A stretch of DNA of 61,515 nt, the filler included, from Choristocarpus tenellus KU-1152 (lineage: Eukaryota > Protista > Phaeophyceae): NCBI GenBank assembly GCA_964200185.2. It is 10 parts of 10 records of this genome, joined end to end, with 100 filler letters (N's around TTAATTAATTAA, not from the genome) between each part and the next. Parts side by side here need not be neighbours in the genome. Positions count along the whole stretch, not along the records: positions 22,020 to 26,549 come from CAXNAD020014130.1; positions 26,650 to 32,310 come from CAXNAD020010095.1; positions 32,411 to 35,339 come from CAXNAD020023582.1; positions 35,440 to 40,795 come from CAXNAD020011052.1; 6 more parts are not named here. One strand, 5' to 3'. Under the pieces are notes generated by a model. That model was not told the origin of the DNA. It did not search any database and saw only the letters and a program-made list of their open reading frames with translations. This document shows, one piece after another, positions 25,220-37,538 of the stretch (positions within the stretch are counted from its first letter, which is position 1; every line of letters starts with the position of its first letter). The position numbers were made by a program, and so were the translations under genes.

Positions 25220-27908
25220 CCCCTGGCCCACCCCCGCAGGTGGAACCAGGGGTACACCTGCCCAAGTGAGTCAATTGGGTTGTTCCCCACTTTGGGGCAT
25301 ATGAGGTAAAGGGGAGCATGTAACAAATCTTCAGGTAAAGGGGACGCTCAACAGAAACCAGGAAGAGAAACATTGTACCTAGACAATTGCCTTGCATTGC
25401 TCTTGGACAACGGCAGTTGTTCTATTGACTCTTTAGTGTCGATCGATCTAGATAGTTTTCAAAAAGTCTGTACCATGTTCGAACATTTCAGGTGTGCATT
25501 TGGTCTTTCCAGGGCATCAAGTATAGGAGCGTGATCGGATGAGGATTTTGAACGGGAAATCATGCAAGAAGCATACAATCAAAGTCGCTGAATGAGGTTC
25601 TAGCACGGAGAAGGTGCAAAATATGACCTTGGGAGTATATAGGTGCATAGTGCAGAAATCGAACCTGTGCGCAATGAGTCAAACCTTGGCTCCCCCCTCC
25701 TCGGGGGTCTTGTCTCGCTGGATGAGTAATCACTACAGTTCACAGTTCTATTCCAATAGACTTCTGCTGATGGTTGGCAGAGAAGAACAGTGAGATTGTA
25801 GATGTCTTGATGGAAAAGGTTCACTCGTTGATGATGAGAGGAGGAGTCCGCGCGAAGACGCGCGATGTGCGCCCCAATCCTCCACAGCCTAAACCTGGAA
25901 TACTGACTCTATACTATTAGTTAGTATATTGATACTACTAATGTTTATGTACCAAGTTTTCTACCATTGTAAGAAGGTTTGTTCATATGGATCAGGTAAG
26001 ATACGTAAGTATGTCCGTTCTAAGTCACAGGAATACCCATCTTCTAACCCCTGTTAAGATTAGAAGAGCACAGCATCATCGCTATTAATGTAATAGTCAT
26101 GTCATTTCCAGTCAGTCCTAGACCTCTTCCCCTTCTCCTCACGGAGAGCCAAAGTAATTGAGGGTATCAAAGTTTGATCATGTTGCATTTTAAGCCAGTC
26201 TTTTTATCTTTTGCTATTCACTTATATTTCTGTGGGTGAAGTGTAAAGTCTGGCTTGAGATGGTGTATATCTCCATCGCTTCAAACATTTCAACAGAATT
26301 TAGAAATATCCTACTCCGAAGTACACGAAGTATTTGTAAAAAGGCTGCATTTTGTGCATATTTTTCAGCGTCCTTAAAATGCAACTAACTCTGGGTACCT
26401 CTCGTTTACTTGGACTCTGAGGTGGCACACATTCAGGTGTGTGCTGCACCCCGTGTCCCACTCCACTTCGAACACAGAATTTTATCCTCTCCTCCAACGC
26501 CTGGTGTACCATGTGGAAAGAAAAGTGACCCAAAGTATCTGGGAGGGGGNNNNNNNNNNNNNNNNNNNNNNNNNNNNNNNNNNNNNNNNNNNNTTAATTA
26601 ATTAANNNNNNNNNNNNNNNNNNNNNNNNNNNNNNNNNNNNNNNNNNNNATGCCTCCCTAGCTCCCCCCCCCGCGGCACAGGAGTAGGTAGATGGGAAGC
26701 AAAGGAAGACAGTAGTACAATATTTGATAGTGGTGAAGTAACTGATAGATTAGTGGTTTCCACACTTCAAATGTTTTATAGTGTTCTTATCTTTAGGATA
26801 TTTTATTTCTTTAGGGCTAATAACGACATGTATATAGTTTTCAATTGTTTCCCCCAAACATATATTATGTTCTGGCATTTGAATGGTTTTTTGTTGTTTT
26901 TCCTATGACACATCTGTAAAATGTTAGAGGGTATACAATATAAAAAATATTCTAAACTTTAGTATCGTATAGAAAGATATCTTCTATATTTACCACAACG
27001 GATACTTTTAGAGGTGTTTGTATGATATTGAATTGACTTTTCTTTGTCTTTTCCACTACACATCTTGTTTCTGTTCGTCCCTAGGTTGAATTTTTTCTGT
27101 TTGGTGCGCCACCTTCCTCCAAACTAGTGCGTACTACCTCTCTTCGTCATGAATCTTCACCACCACCTCTCCAACCAGGGTTTGAACTCGAGAACTCCAT
27201 TAACGCAGTGGAACCAGGCATCCGATTTGTAGTGTAAACACATATATAGTTGAGAGTGAGAACCACAGACTCCATCTTTAATTATAAGGCAACTTATAAA
27301 AATTAAGCCTGACAAAGTCACACACAAATTGCAACAAATACATTGGAGAAAAAGGAAAAAATAGTCAAAGGTCCAATAGTCGAATTTGTTAATGGATGTA
27401 TTACATGAGTACATCAATATTAAGCTCGTATTTTTGAAATGAATAAACAAATATTGATAATAGAATATCTGTCCAACTATTGATGGAATACTCATATTTA
27501 TATTATTTTCCATCGTCTCATGTTAGAGATGTGTGGAGAAAAGATCCGCATCAATATTGTGTGGTATCAGATTTACTACAACTCTTAGTTTACAGGGGTT
27601 GTTATGATATTGAAGTGGCTTTTCATTGCCTTTTCCCAAAATTCAAAATGTCAAAGATCTAATAATATATAGTGTCGTATTGTTGTTATGGTACTGTTCC
27701 TTCTCTCTCATTACATCCTTCTTTTCTTCTCTTCCAGATTTTCCAATATTTTGATATTTATGTTGGTTCTGTTCTTGTCGCAGTCTTAACTCTCCAAAAA
27801 AGTCAGTGGCACAAAGCAATATATTCTGTCATGTGGCGTTTGGTCCAGTCGTAGTAGGTTATGCACCTGGTGACGAAGTCACGTGGTTGAAACCTCTATA
27901 CTATTCCC

Positions 27909-30900
27909 ATGAAAAAGCGATGTTACTTTCCGCCAGAGGGCGTGGGATATGCCCTCATCTCGGGCACAAGTGCTGTTACCGTCGTTGGTAAGACAAACGT
28001 TCGAGATGATTTGACGTTGTCGAAATACCTTGTGGAAAATTGACCAGTTTTGCTCGACGTCAATAATCCTTGCCAAAAGTACCTGTAGTGTTTCAACATA
28101 CCCGCAAGTGTCTGGAGGGAGCCTAGAGCTTGCACAGTGCGGAGTAATATTGGTGATTCGTCATTTTGGCTCACTCTCGTCAATAGGTGTTAAGGAGGGT
28201 CCAAGTCCCTGTAGTGCTGTCCGCCGTTGTTCTTTCACAAGACCCTGTCACTTGTTACCAGTGACAGATACTCTTTGACCGACTCTACATACCTGACGTA
28301 CACTTTGTCTTTTGCTTGTCCGTCTCGCCTCTCCTTACTCGCAGGGGTCGGTGATCTACTTATACAAGTGGCCGATAATGTTAGGAGGACCTCCACAGGG
28401 TTATCGATTGCCTTTCTGGCAAGGGCACTCGGCCAGGTAAATGACAAACAAAATGGTGTATTTTGTAGGATTTAGTAGAATTTGTAATTTTGCCCTGGAG
28501 CTCTGGTTGTACCTCAACCTGTGTTGTCTGTACCCATAGGGGTTGGACAGGTTTTTCCGCTCTTACCCTGTTCTGAAGAATGGTACAGTCGACTTGGTTT
28601 GGCAAACTTCGTTTGCGTTGGACACCAGAGATATATAATCTAACGATCTTCATCCTCATCTCACAGTCAACATCTCCACCCCTGAACCATCTCTTCTGAA
28701 GTTGTTGGTGGTGGCTTGTGCGCCCCCACTTTATCGTGTAGCTCAGGGGAACACGGTCTTGGTGGTTACCCTTTTGATACAGGTGGTCCTGTGGCTCTGG
28801 CTCCCGCACATAACGTCAGTGATATTACTCTACGTGTGGTTTGCATGTGCGGGAATTACAAACGCTGCGGTGGATACGGGGGTACAAATACAAACGAGAC
28901 GTGTTTACAAGGACAGGGCTGGACCATGGTTAACTGGCTCCACTTTCATGTTCGCCATCATGGGGGTCCTGGCGCCTCTGACATCGTATGTTGCAGACGG
29001 GTGAGTAACTGCAAACTGACGTCATGCCACAACCCTGTAGTGTCACGTTACATACGTGCAGTGCGGGTGCTACTACTCTGGGAAGAGTGAAGGACTAGTC
29101 TTCTGGGATAAGAGGCTGCCACTCATATGGCATAGAGCTATATTTGCCTCACATCTTGCCTTAACTCAACTCGGCAGTACCGTTACCTGTAAGATAGCTT
29201 CTCAAACTCTTGAATGGATGTCGTGGAGAGAGGTTGTGTAATGCCAGAAGTGTTTTTTCTATTTCTTCTAATCAGATAATCCCACCCTGTTGCGCTGCAC
29301 CATTTCTGGCCCCCTTTGTTGAACTTTTTTGCCTGCGCTGTTTATTGAGAAGGATTATTACTCAAACAGCGGTGTATGCGGGCTTCACCTGTGCTTGTGC
29401 ACTGGTCCTTATGCCATACACAATTTCAGATGCATGGAGCAGTATGTACTCACCCCACCCTAAAACAATGCCAAGGAGGAAGAAAGAGCTGACCTCAAAT
29501 GGTGAAGATGGTCAAGAGACAGATGTTGCCAGCTTAGAGACCATGTCAAGAACAGCAAGAGAATCTGATATCATTGGTAGTATGTCGAATGATGAACTTG
29601 TGGAGGGCACCTCTGTCATAAAGAATGAGGATATGCTACTACCTAATCAGGTCAAAACGTCTACTTCACTTGAAGAAAAAGACGCCTTCAAGGCAAAAGA
29701 GATAGCAGAGCAAGATGAGGAAAGCAAGGGGAGTGGCCTAATGGGCTGCAGGATACTTTTGCCTTTGTTGCAGGTACATTTCAATAACGTGATAATGTTT
29801 TGCCCTCCCGCTTTTGTAGGTGAACAAGGCAAGGGGACCTGGTTTGCAGCAGTTTGTGCTTGCCACGTGCAGGACCTCATCTACTTTGCCCTGCACAGCA
29901 TGCTTTGTCTTAAATGAAAGGAAGATATTCTAAATCAGATGCACTTCAGTATTTGCATAGATGCTATCGGCTTTTGGAGGGGAGGGGATTGTAATGTGTG
30001 CAGCAATTGCCACCCCCACATGACGCATGCAGAACTAGAACGAATACGGTTCTGAAGCATTTTTTTTATTCCCTGGCCCCCCCCTTCCTCCTCCCCGACT
30101 GTGCTGAACGGATGATGGATGATGATAAGCAGTTCCTCTACGACCTTTGGTGGGGGAAGTATACAACTGAAATGGTGCTGATGCTCATGATTTTTGTAGG
30201 CATGGGTGTCCAAGTGGCAACGAGCTCCTTCATGTGCACCTTCATCGAGCAAAGTGATGGGGCCGTGAATGAAGGTCAATGCAGTCTTCTCCTCTCGCTG
30301 TTCTGGGCGTCAATGGCGCTATCGCGTTTCCTTGCCATGCTTTCTCAGGCAAAGCTCACCACTATCGGTTTGTATCGAAATATTCTGATGGTATGCTTCC
30401 TCTCTAGCATTGCATCTGGACCGTTGGTATATGGTGCTGCCACTGGGTCTTACGAGGAATGGCATGTGTGGGTAAGCGTTCTCCTGTGGGGGGTCGTATT
30501 CGGACCTTTTCTAGGTTACATCTTTGACATGTCCAACAGGGTGTGCCAGAGGACAGAGGAAGGGTGAGTAAGAATGGGTTGCAATGATATCGGGGGGCTG
30601 GTGTAAGAAAGACGACTTATTTTTTCGCATTCACCCTACTGATTCTACCAAGTGCTTGCGCTGTTGTGTGCTTACTTCAGAGTGTTCACAATGTTGTTGG
30701 AGTATCTGTGACAGGTTGTGTCTGAGGGTATCATGTTTGTGCCTGAGGTATCATGTTTGTGCCTGAGAGTATCATGTTTATGCCTGAGGGTATCATTTTT
30801 GTGCCTGAGAGTATCATGTTTGTGCCTGAGAGTATTATGTTCATGTATGTGTGTGGTGTGTGGTGCTTTCTCAATATGGTCGTAGTTTTCTTTGCATCTG

Positions 30901-31523
30901 ATCCTGCAACTTTGTTATGGAATTTTTCGCACTAGTTTACACTTTGTGATTTGTATCTATCTGTGAGCACAATGTAACAAACCAAAGCCACAGCAACAGC
31001 AACACAAGGGGTAGGGAGTAGGTCGCTTTGTATGTTGTACAGGGGTGTGTGTTTGTCTTTTACCAATGGTGAATATACTGGAGTTAAATTCACTCTTGTC
31101 AAGTAACAAAAACATAACACCTCCCGACAAGACAAGACATGACTGCAATGACAGTTACCGCCCTGTCAAGTAAGTATCTCAGATATTTTCAATGCCCCCA
31201 CCAAATCTTTCCTGAAACCTGCTTGGCGCTTCCTTCCTGATATCAATCTCCGGCTGATTGTTTTCAGGGCGGCCATCCTTATTCTGGGACTCCAGCTTGG
31301 TGCATCTGTGGTTCCCCTCGCTGTTGGCATCATGTGGGACAAAGGGGCTGGTCCTGCCTCCATTCCCATGGCACTTTCCCTAGGCATGTTTATGGTTCTG
31401 TTGATTGGACTGTATTTGCCAAAGGTGAATCCAAGAGTGACAACTCCTATGGCTGTACGGCCACACACCCAAGGGCCACAATTACCGCTTCATATGTTGT
31501 ATTCTCACAGAAGATCGAGCTAG
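27909..31523 (+). CDS. Major facilitator superfamily transporter (MFSD4/FucP-like), apparently complete
   Basis: Exons 27909-27987, 28345-28436, 28702-29000, 29353-29773, 30058-30563 and 31268-31523 splice in phase. There are many hydrophobic helices, motifs AFLARALG, AVDTG, FMFAIMGVLAP and LFWASMALSRF, and a long hydrophilic central loop. Confidence 0.85.
30718..30845. repeat. 21-bp tandem repeat, about six copies (intronic)
   Basis: Unit approximately GTATCATGTTTGTGCCTGAGA. Confidence 0.9.
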
Positions 31524-32819
31524 CATGATATTGTTCCTCTTCTGACCTCTTATTAGTAGACGCTGCGTTGAGAGTGTTGAATGCAGCTTGATTGTTTTTG
31601 CTTGTTTCTAGTTTCAGATACCCAGGTCTAAAGAAGTATACACTTGATTTTACACGCACGCACAGATATATATATACATACATACATTTGTTTAGTATAG
31701 CAACAAACCTATAGAGTTTTTTTGGCAGGGGACAAGTTCGCCCTCCGGAAGGGCATGCTGTTTACTGTGGTACTGCTTGAATTTATCCTGACTACCTTTA
31801 CTGCAAGTGAATATGACTGAAGCAACCACTCTGTTGCTGTCTTTCACTTCTTGTTGCATGATAATTACTGCCGTTGGTTAGGCTAATGCAATGGTTAAGG
31901 ATGCCCAGTATGCTGAGCACACCGGTGGTATGAATATTGAATTTCTCTTCTTGGATTGTTAAATAGTTGGATTTGGGTAAAGAGGACAAGTTGATGCCAT
32001 TATCAGCAATCTCTTAGTTGAGGGTGCTGTTTAACATCTTTTTGAAGGTTTAAGATTTTTGACTGTCAAGGTCAGTTGTTTAGAAAACAAGTTTCTGTAA
32101 TAAAGGAAGAATTTGTGTACGTTGGAGTGACTGTACCCCCTCTGTGTCTGCATGTGGTGTACCTTTATTTGTTACATACTACGTCAAACTTAGTGTTGCC
32201 TGTTCTGACTTTAGTGTGAGGTGTTTTTTTGGTGCATGTTGAAAAATGTAGAATCGATTCTTTCTTCAAAAATAGAAATGTTGAAAAGGGGTCATTTTGA
32301 CAGGGGGGGGNNNNNNNNNNNNNNNNNNNNNNNNNNNNNNNNNNNNNNNNNNNNTTAATTAATTAANNNNNNNNNNNNNNNNNNNNNNNNNNNNNNNNNN
32401 NNNNNNNNNNGTCCTCTAGACTTGGCATCGTCACCCCCAGCAGGACCACCAAAGATGGCACTATCCATATGATCAAGGCATAATATGCGGAGCTGAGGGT
32501 GGATAATCTCATGACCGACGATTTGATTATTGCTAAGTGCATGGTGGGAGAGTCTGCCCCCGAGGAGAACGACGAGAAAGACGCCACAGGGTCTATGGAT
32601 ATGCACAGCTGGGGGCGAAAGGTGAGCGACAGTCTCCTTTGAGTAATAATTACTGTGTACATTGAATGTGTCACGGCGTATTCGTCAAGCAACGGGCAGA
32701 TGGTCCCTCCTACAGCACCGAACATTATCGAATATACCACAACAAAGCCTGAATCACCACGACTTCTCACCAGCACCAACGCTCGAAACGCGACCACCTG
32801 GCCCATTCAATACAGGTGC

Positions 32820-33500
32820 TGTTCCCAAGGACGGAGGGATTCCCTACACTCCTAAAAGTCATATATGCAAACTTCGACAAGAGCTTCCTTCAACACAACA
32901 CCACCATTTGGCAGGCGCAACAATACAAACAATGCAAATCCCGCCTCCCCAAAGGACACGCCGCAATGTCCATGGACTTCAGCGCCCACCTTCAACACAA
33001 CCACCAAGACTTGACTAAACAATAGTTCTTCAATCTATTCCTTATGGCGCTTCTGATCATTTTCTGGTGGTTGAGGGATCTCAGAGAAGAGGGAAATCTT
33101 GGGAAGGGAAGGGTTTGGGCTCACAGCATGACGGTGTGTAGTGAAGACCGAAGCCAAGACAACAAGTTCGTCCAGAACGCCGTGGTGATGCTTGCGAAAG
33201 AGCACCTAATACCTCTAGTCAGTGAATAAGGACAGACCCTAGAGGTCCTCCACATCTGGTCGGATGGCTGCGAGAGCCAGTTCAAGAACAGATGACAGAT
33301 GTGGTGGGTTTCTCAGTCTTTAGCACGGATGGGAATTTCCGTAGTACACAACTTCTTTACCTCCTGTCACGGCAAACCTTGTCTGATGGAGTCGGGGCTG
33401 TGGTGAAGTCTACTGCCAGGAGACTGGAACTACACAGGGTGCGTATGCTAGGAACCTCATCCATAGTGGATACAATCAAGGCAACCAAAACTTAGCTTGA
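32820..33500 (+). mobile_element. Decayed Sola2-type DDD transposase
   Basis: Translation across stops and a frameshift gives WQAQQYKQCKSRLPKGHAAMSMDFSAHL...LHIWSDGCESQFKNR...HNFFTSCHGK/SDGVGAVVKSTARR. This matches the DF(S/A)EN / SDGxxxQ(F/Y)KN / FFxxxHGKxxxDG pattern recalled for Sola2. Confidence 0.8.
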
Positions 33501-34384
33501 GGGATCCGACACCAGAGGAAGAGTGGTGCTACCGCAAAGGTCATAAGGTTCCTCCCGGACAGACAATCGTTACAAAGGTAGGCACACTCCACACAAAGAC
33601 CCCCCCCACTCACAAAGTTCGGCCTCTGTTTGCCAACGGCGACAACCCCAAGACATACGCCCCTTGCCCACCTATGCAACAAAAACGCAATATATACCGT
33701 TCAAACTTGTGTCACATCCGTCACTCCCTTCACGCCGACACGACGCACAGCGTCAAGATAACATATAGGCACTTATCAAATGACTGCACAGACAGTCTGT
33801 GCACACTTACAACTATCGCCGTCTATTTTGTACAAGTCTGCCAATCGGTAAACTCGCGCAAAACTCCAAGTTCTTGTTTTCTTTCCAGTGTCAACGTCGA
33901 CCATGTACCCATCACTTGTTGCATGAATAGATAGCACATACAGTGTTAACGTATCTCCCAAATCATCAAAGAGGATAAAGGTGATAAACCCAGCGAGATT
34001 GCTTGATGTCTGTAGAGTGTTTGATTAAAGTTAAGTGGGGCATGCAAACCCCTTAAAAACAGAAATATTTCCTTTTATATGAGAATGTTTTTCATACAAC
34101 TAATCACTAGTAAAAGGTTTTGATAACTCAACCACTAATGGATTGATCCTTTACTCCGTACATGTCTTACCACAACTGTCCGATAGAGTTGGAAGAGTCT
34201 AATCGAATACCCTCCCTAGCTCAAACAACTCTTGAGAACTTACAAGAAAACAATTATATATCCCAGGAGACTCCTCAGGTCAATCTTGTATGACAAGAAA
34301 ACAACCAGCTATTTGAACTCACTTGAAAAGAAATAAGTCCAAACAAACACATTCAAATTCAGTAAGAAACAAAACACTAAGCAT

Positions 34385-35339
34385 AGTTTAAATTTAGCAA
34401 AGCCCCCGCATGCCTCTAAGAAGATACTTCTGGTAAAGGCTTGGTCATCACATCTGCTTGCTGCTCAACTGAGGTAACATGAAGAACCCTTATTTGTCCA
34501 TTGGTTACCAAGTCCCTTAGAAATGTTGTCGCACATCTATATACTTAGTCCGGCCCGAACTCAACATCACTACCCCCCCCGATACAGAACATCTGTCAAA
34601 AGACTCATTGGCAAAATCCGCATCAGTGTAGGCAATCAAGTCCAATCCTGTGCCTTTCTGGTAGTCAAGTCCAACTCTCGCGTCCCTTTGAGATAATTGA
34701 GGATCTCTGGTTCACAGCTCTCCAATGTACTTGGCTCAGAGCATGCGAATGACGGGCAACAGCTCTTACTGCACTAGCCACATCTGGCTTGGTCATGTTG
34801 CCTACCCACATCAACCCTCCAACTGCCTCTCGGAAGGGACGAATCTTTCGAGGTCTTGTCCCCCTCCGTAATCCCAAGCTTTCTGGATGGGACTGCAGGG
34901 ATGAGAGTGGTCGATTGTATGGAAAAACGTTCAAAACGTTGTCAATGCAGTTGGTCTGAGTAATGGAGAGGGTACCACGCTTCCAATTTCTTGTAAGTGC
35001 AACCAGAAAACTGAGACTGTAAGCCAAGGTTTTTGGTTGGGAACTCCTCATTCATGGAAGCACAAGGATCATTACAATCATCACCAGACGCCAAAACCAT
35101 CATATCATCTACATGAACGGCAAGCATCATCTTGATAACACCATCCCTCCTCAATAAAAAAAAATACACGGGTCAACCAGGCACTGCTCAAAACCATTGC
35201 GCTCAAGGGTGGAAACCAACTTGGTATTCCAAGTTCTAGAGGCTTGCTTTAAACCATATAGGGATCTGTGAAGGTGTACGGTTAGATAAGAGAGATCTCC
35301 ACATCCCTGTCGGAGGCGCATGTACACTTCCTCATCCAA
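34385..35339 (-). mobile_element. Ty1/copia retrotransposon RT-RNase H, frameshifted
   Basis: LDEEVYM, SLYGLKQASRTWN, LAVHVDDM, PFREAVGGLMW...TKPDVA, AYTDADFA, RTKYIDVR and EQQADVMTKPL in copia order, with frameshifts. Confidence 0.92.
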
Positions 35340-36093
35340 NNNNNNNNNNNNNNNNNNNNNNNNNNNNNNNNNNNNNNNNNNNNTTAATTAATTAANNNNN
35401 NNNNNNNNNNNNNNNNNNNNNNNNNNNNNNNNNNNNNNNCAGATAATTCTCAAGCCTATCACAGCACAAACAACACCCCTTCTTACATAGCGTAACGCAT
35501 AGGGATCTGCTCTGCAATTGCTCAAAACCACATCGTTCCAAAACGTGCACCAACAAATGATTCAACTCGCTGCTAGCTTGATTGGTGCCATAAAGAGCTT
35601 GCACTAAACGCATAATCTTTTCTGACCATAAGCCTCATCCATCACACAAATTAACAAAAACTTCTTCCCTAATTTCTGCTTGCATAAAGTCCTACGTAAC
35701 ACCCCAATGCTTCAATTCCCGATTTTTGTCTGCAGTTAGTGCTAAAACCATTCTAAAAGACACAGGCAACAGGGTTGGAGCAAAGGTATCTTGGTAATCT
35801 AAACCCTCAATCTTTTGAAAGCCCTTTGCTACCAAACGTGGCTTGTATCTTATTACCTAACCAAATTTATTGGTCTTACGTTTGTGAATCCATTTTGTGT
35901 CTATACCCCTACGTCCAGGGGGTAATACGATCTCCACACCCAAACATTTTTCAATAACAAACCAAGCACTCTTCAGCTCTAACCTCGATCCCACGAATCA
36001 TTTCAGGAGAGTAACATGCTGCTCTTACAGTCTTGGGTTCTGAAGGGATCTCATCCGCTAACACTCTCATAGAATCATCACTCACACATATCA

Positions 36094-36273
36094 GGCTCAA
36101 AGTATTTGGCGAGGGGGGGGGGGGTCTACAGCAGGGTGTCCATTCGAGCCCTGACCAGGAGAAGTAAACTTACATTATCCATCCGACGCATGCAACCAAA
36201 TCACACATAAATCACAACATGGAAAAATGGGTCTTGAATAGACAGCCGCCACACCCCCCAGATACTTTGAGTA
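36094..36273 (+). mobile_element. MITE family B (about 175 bp)
   Basis: GGCTCAAAGTATTTGG...CCCAGATACTTTGAGTA, flanked by an ATCA/ATCA 4-bp duplication. Confidence 0.82.
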
Positions 36274-36367
36274 ATCACATCGGTAGTCTTAATGGAAACA
36301 TATAAACGCAAAAAAATGTTGATATCATAATAACAGCAAGCTTTGGTCGAAATATCTTTACGGTTAC

Positions 36368-36626
36368 GAGTCAAAGTATCTTAGAGGGTAGAGCCGTGTC
36401 CAATTGGAAGCCAAAATCCAATGTTGCAATTTTGATGAAATTTTCGCTATCATGTTTGTTAAGAAATATCAACACGCTTGTTCCGGACAAACCTTTTCAT
36501 ACCATATACATTTGACCTACTCCGAAACATTTTTGAGTAGGTAAAAGGTCATAAAAAATCCGTGGGAAGCCAAGCCCCAAATGGACAAACAGGGGAAAAC
36601 TCGTACCCAGTAGGATACTTTCACTC
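36368..36626 (+). mobile_element. MITE family A
   Basis: GAGTCAAAGTATCTTAGAGGG...GATACTTTCACTC with a perfect TTAC/TTAC TSD. Confidence 0.9.
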
Positions 36627-37110
36627 TTACCAGATCTGGTGCGGTAAGGAAGGATGTTGTTGATACCATCGCCAGAATTGAGATATTGAAGTTCCCTGTA
36701 TCTTCGGCTGTCGTTGTTCTTTGTCTTGTCTTCCCCTTCACCATTTCGTTGTCCCCACCGATGCAGTTGATGCCATTTTCCTCACAATTATCATCATCCA
36801 CAGTTTCACCAACATCGACCAGTGCATCTCCAGATTCATTGCCTTCACCTGATCCTCCTTCAATCCAGGAGATTCCATCATTATCATCCCCCATCTCCTG
36901 AATTTCGTTAATCCTTTGGCACGCATTTGGTGAAGGATGTATCCTGGAGTATCATCCACATCATCGTCACGCTCAAAATCTGAAGTCGGAAAATGTACCA
37001 TGCCATCTCTTGTGGGGTGCCAATGAACGCCTGCTTGCTGGAGTACGCGTTTGGTTGGGAGGAATACGACGCGAAATGTGCCACGGGGTTGATCAATTGA
37101 CAGATCCAAA

Positions 37111-37370
37111 GATTGAAAGCATCTTAGAGGGTACGAGTTTTGCCCTGTTTGTCCATTTGGTGCTTGACTTATCATGGCGTATTTTTATTACATTTTCCTA
37201 CTCCAAAATGTTCCAGAGTAGGTAAAATGTATATGTCTTGAAAAGGTGTGTCCGAAACAAGGATATTGACACTTCCTAACCAACACGATAGCCAAAATTA
37301 TATCAAAATCGCAACATTGGATTTTGACCCCCAAATGGACAAGGCCCTACCCTCCAAGATGCTTTGGCTC
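37111..37370 (-). mobile_element. MITE family A, inverted copy
   Basis: Reverse-complement homolog of 14027-14286, with ends GATTGAAAGCATCTTAGAGGG and CCCTCCAAGATGCTTTGGCTC. Confidence 0.85.
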
Positions 37371-37538
37371 AAAGTATCTGGGGGCGGGGAGGTCTACAGC
37401 AGGGTGTCCACTTGGACCATAACCAAGAGAAGTCCACTTATATTATCCAATAGACATGTAACCAAATCAACCAAAAATCGCGACAAACAAAATTGGTCTC
37501 AAATGGGGAGTCACCACCCCCCCCAGATACTTTGAGCC
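37366..37538 (+). mobile_element. MITE family B, abutting the family A copy
   Basis: GGCTCAAAGTATCTGGGGG...CCCCCAGATACTTTGAGCC form perfect terminal inverted repeats. Confidence 0.87.

Noticed and set aside
34385-35900. A single continuous copia element across the 35340 linker
   Set aside because: Both sides encode the same LYGxxQAS RT segment with different sequences, so they are two elements.
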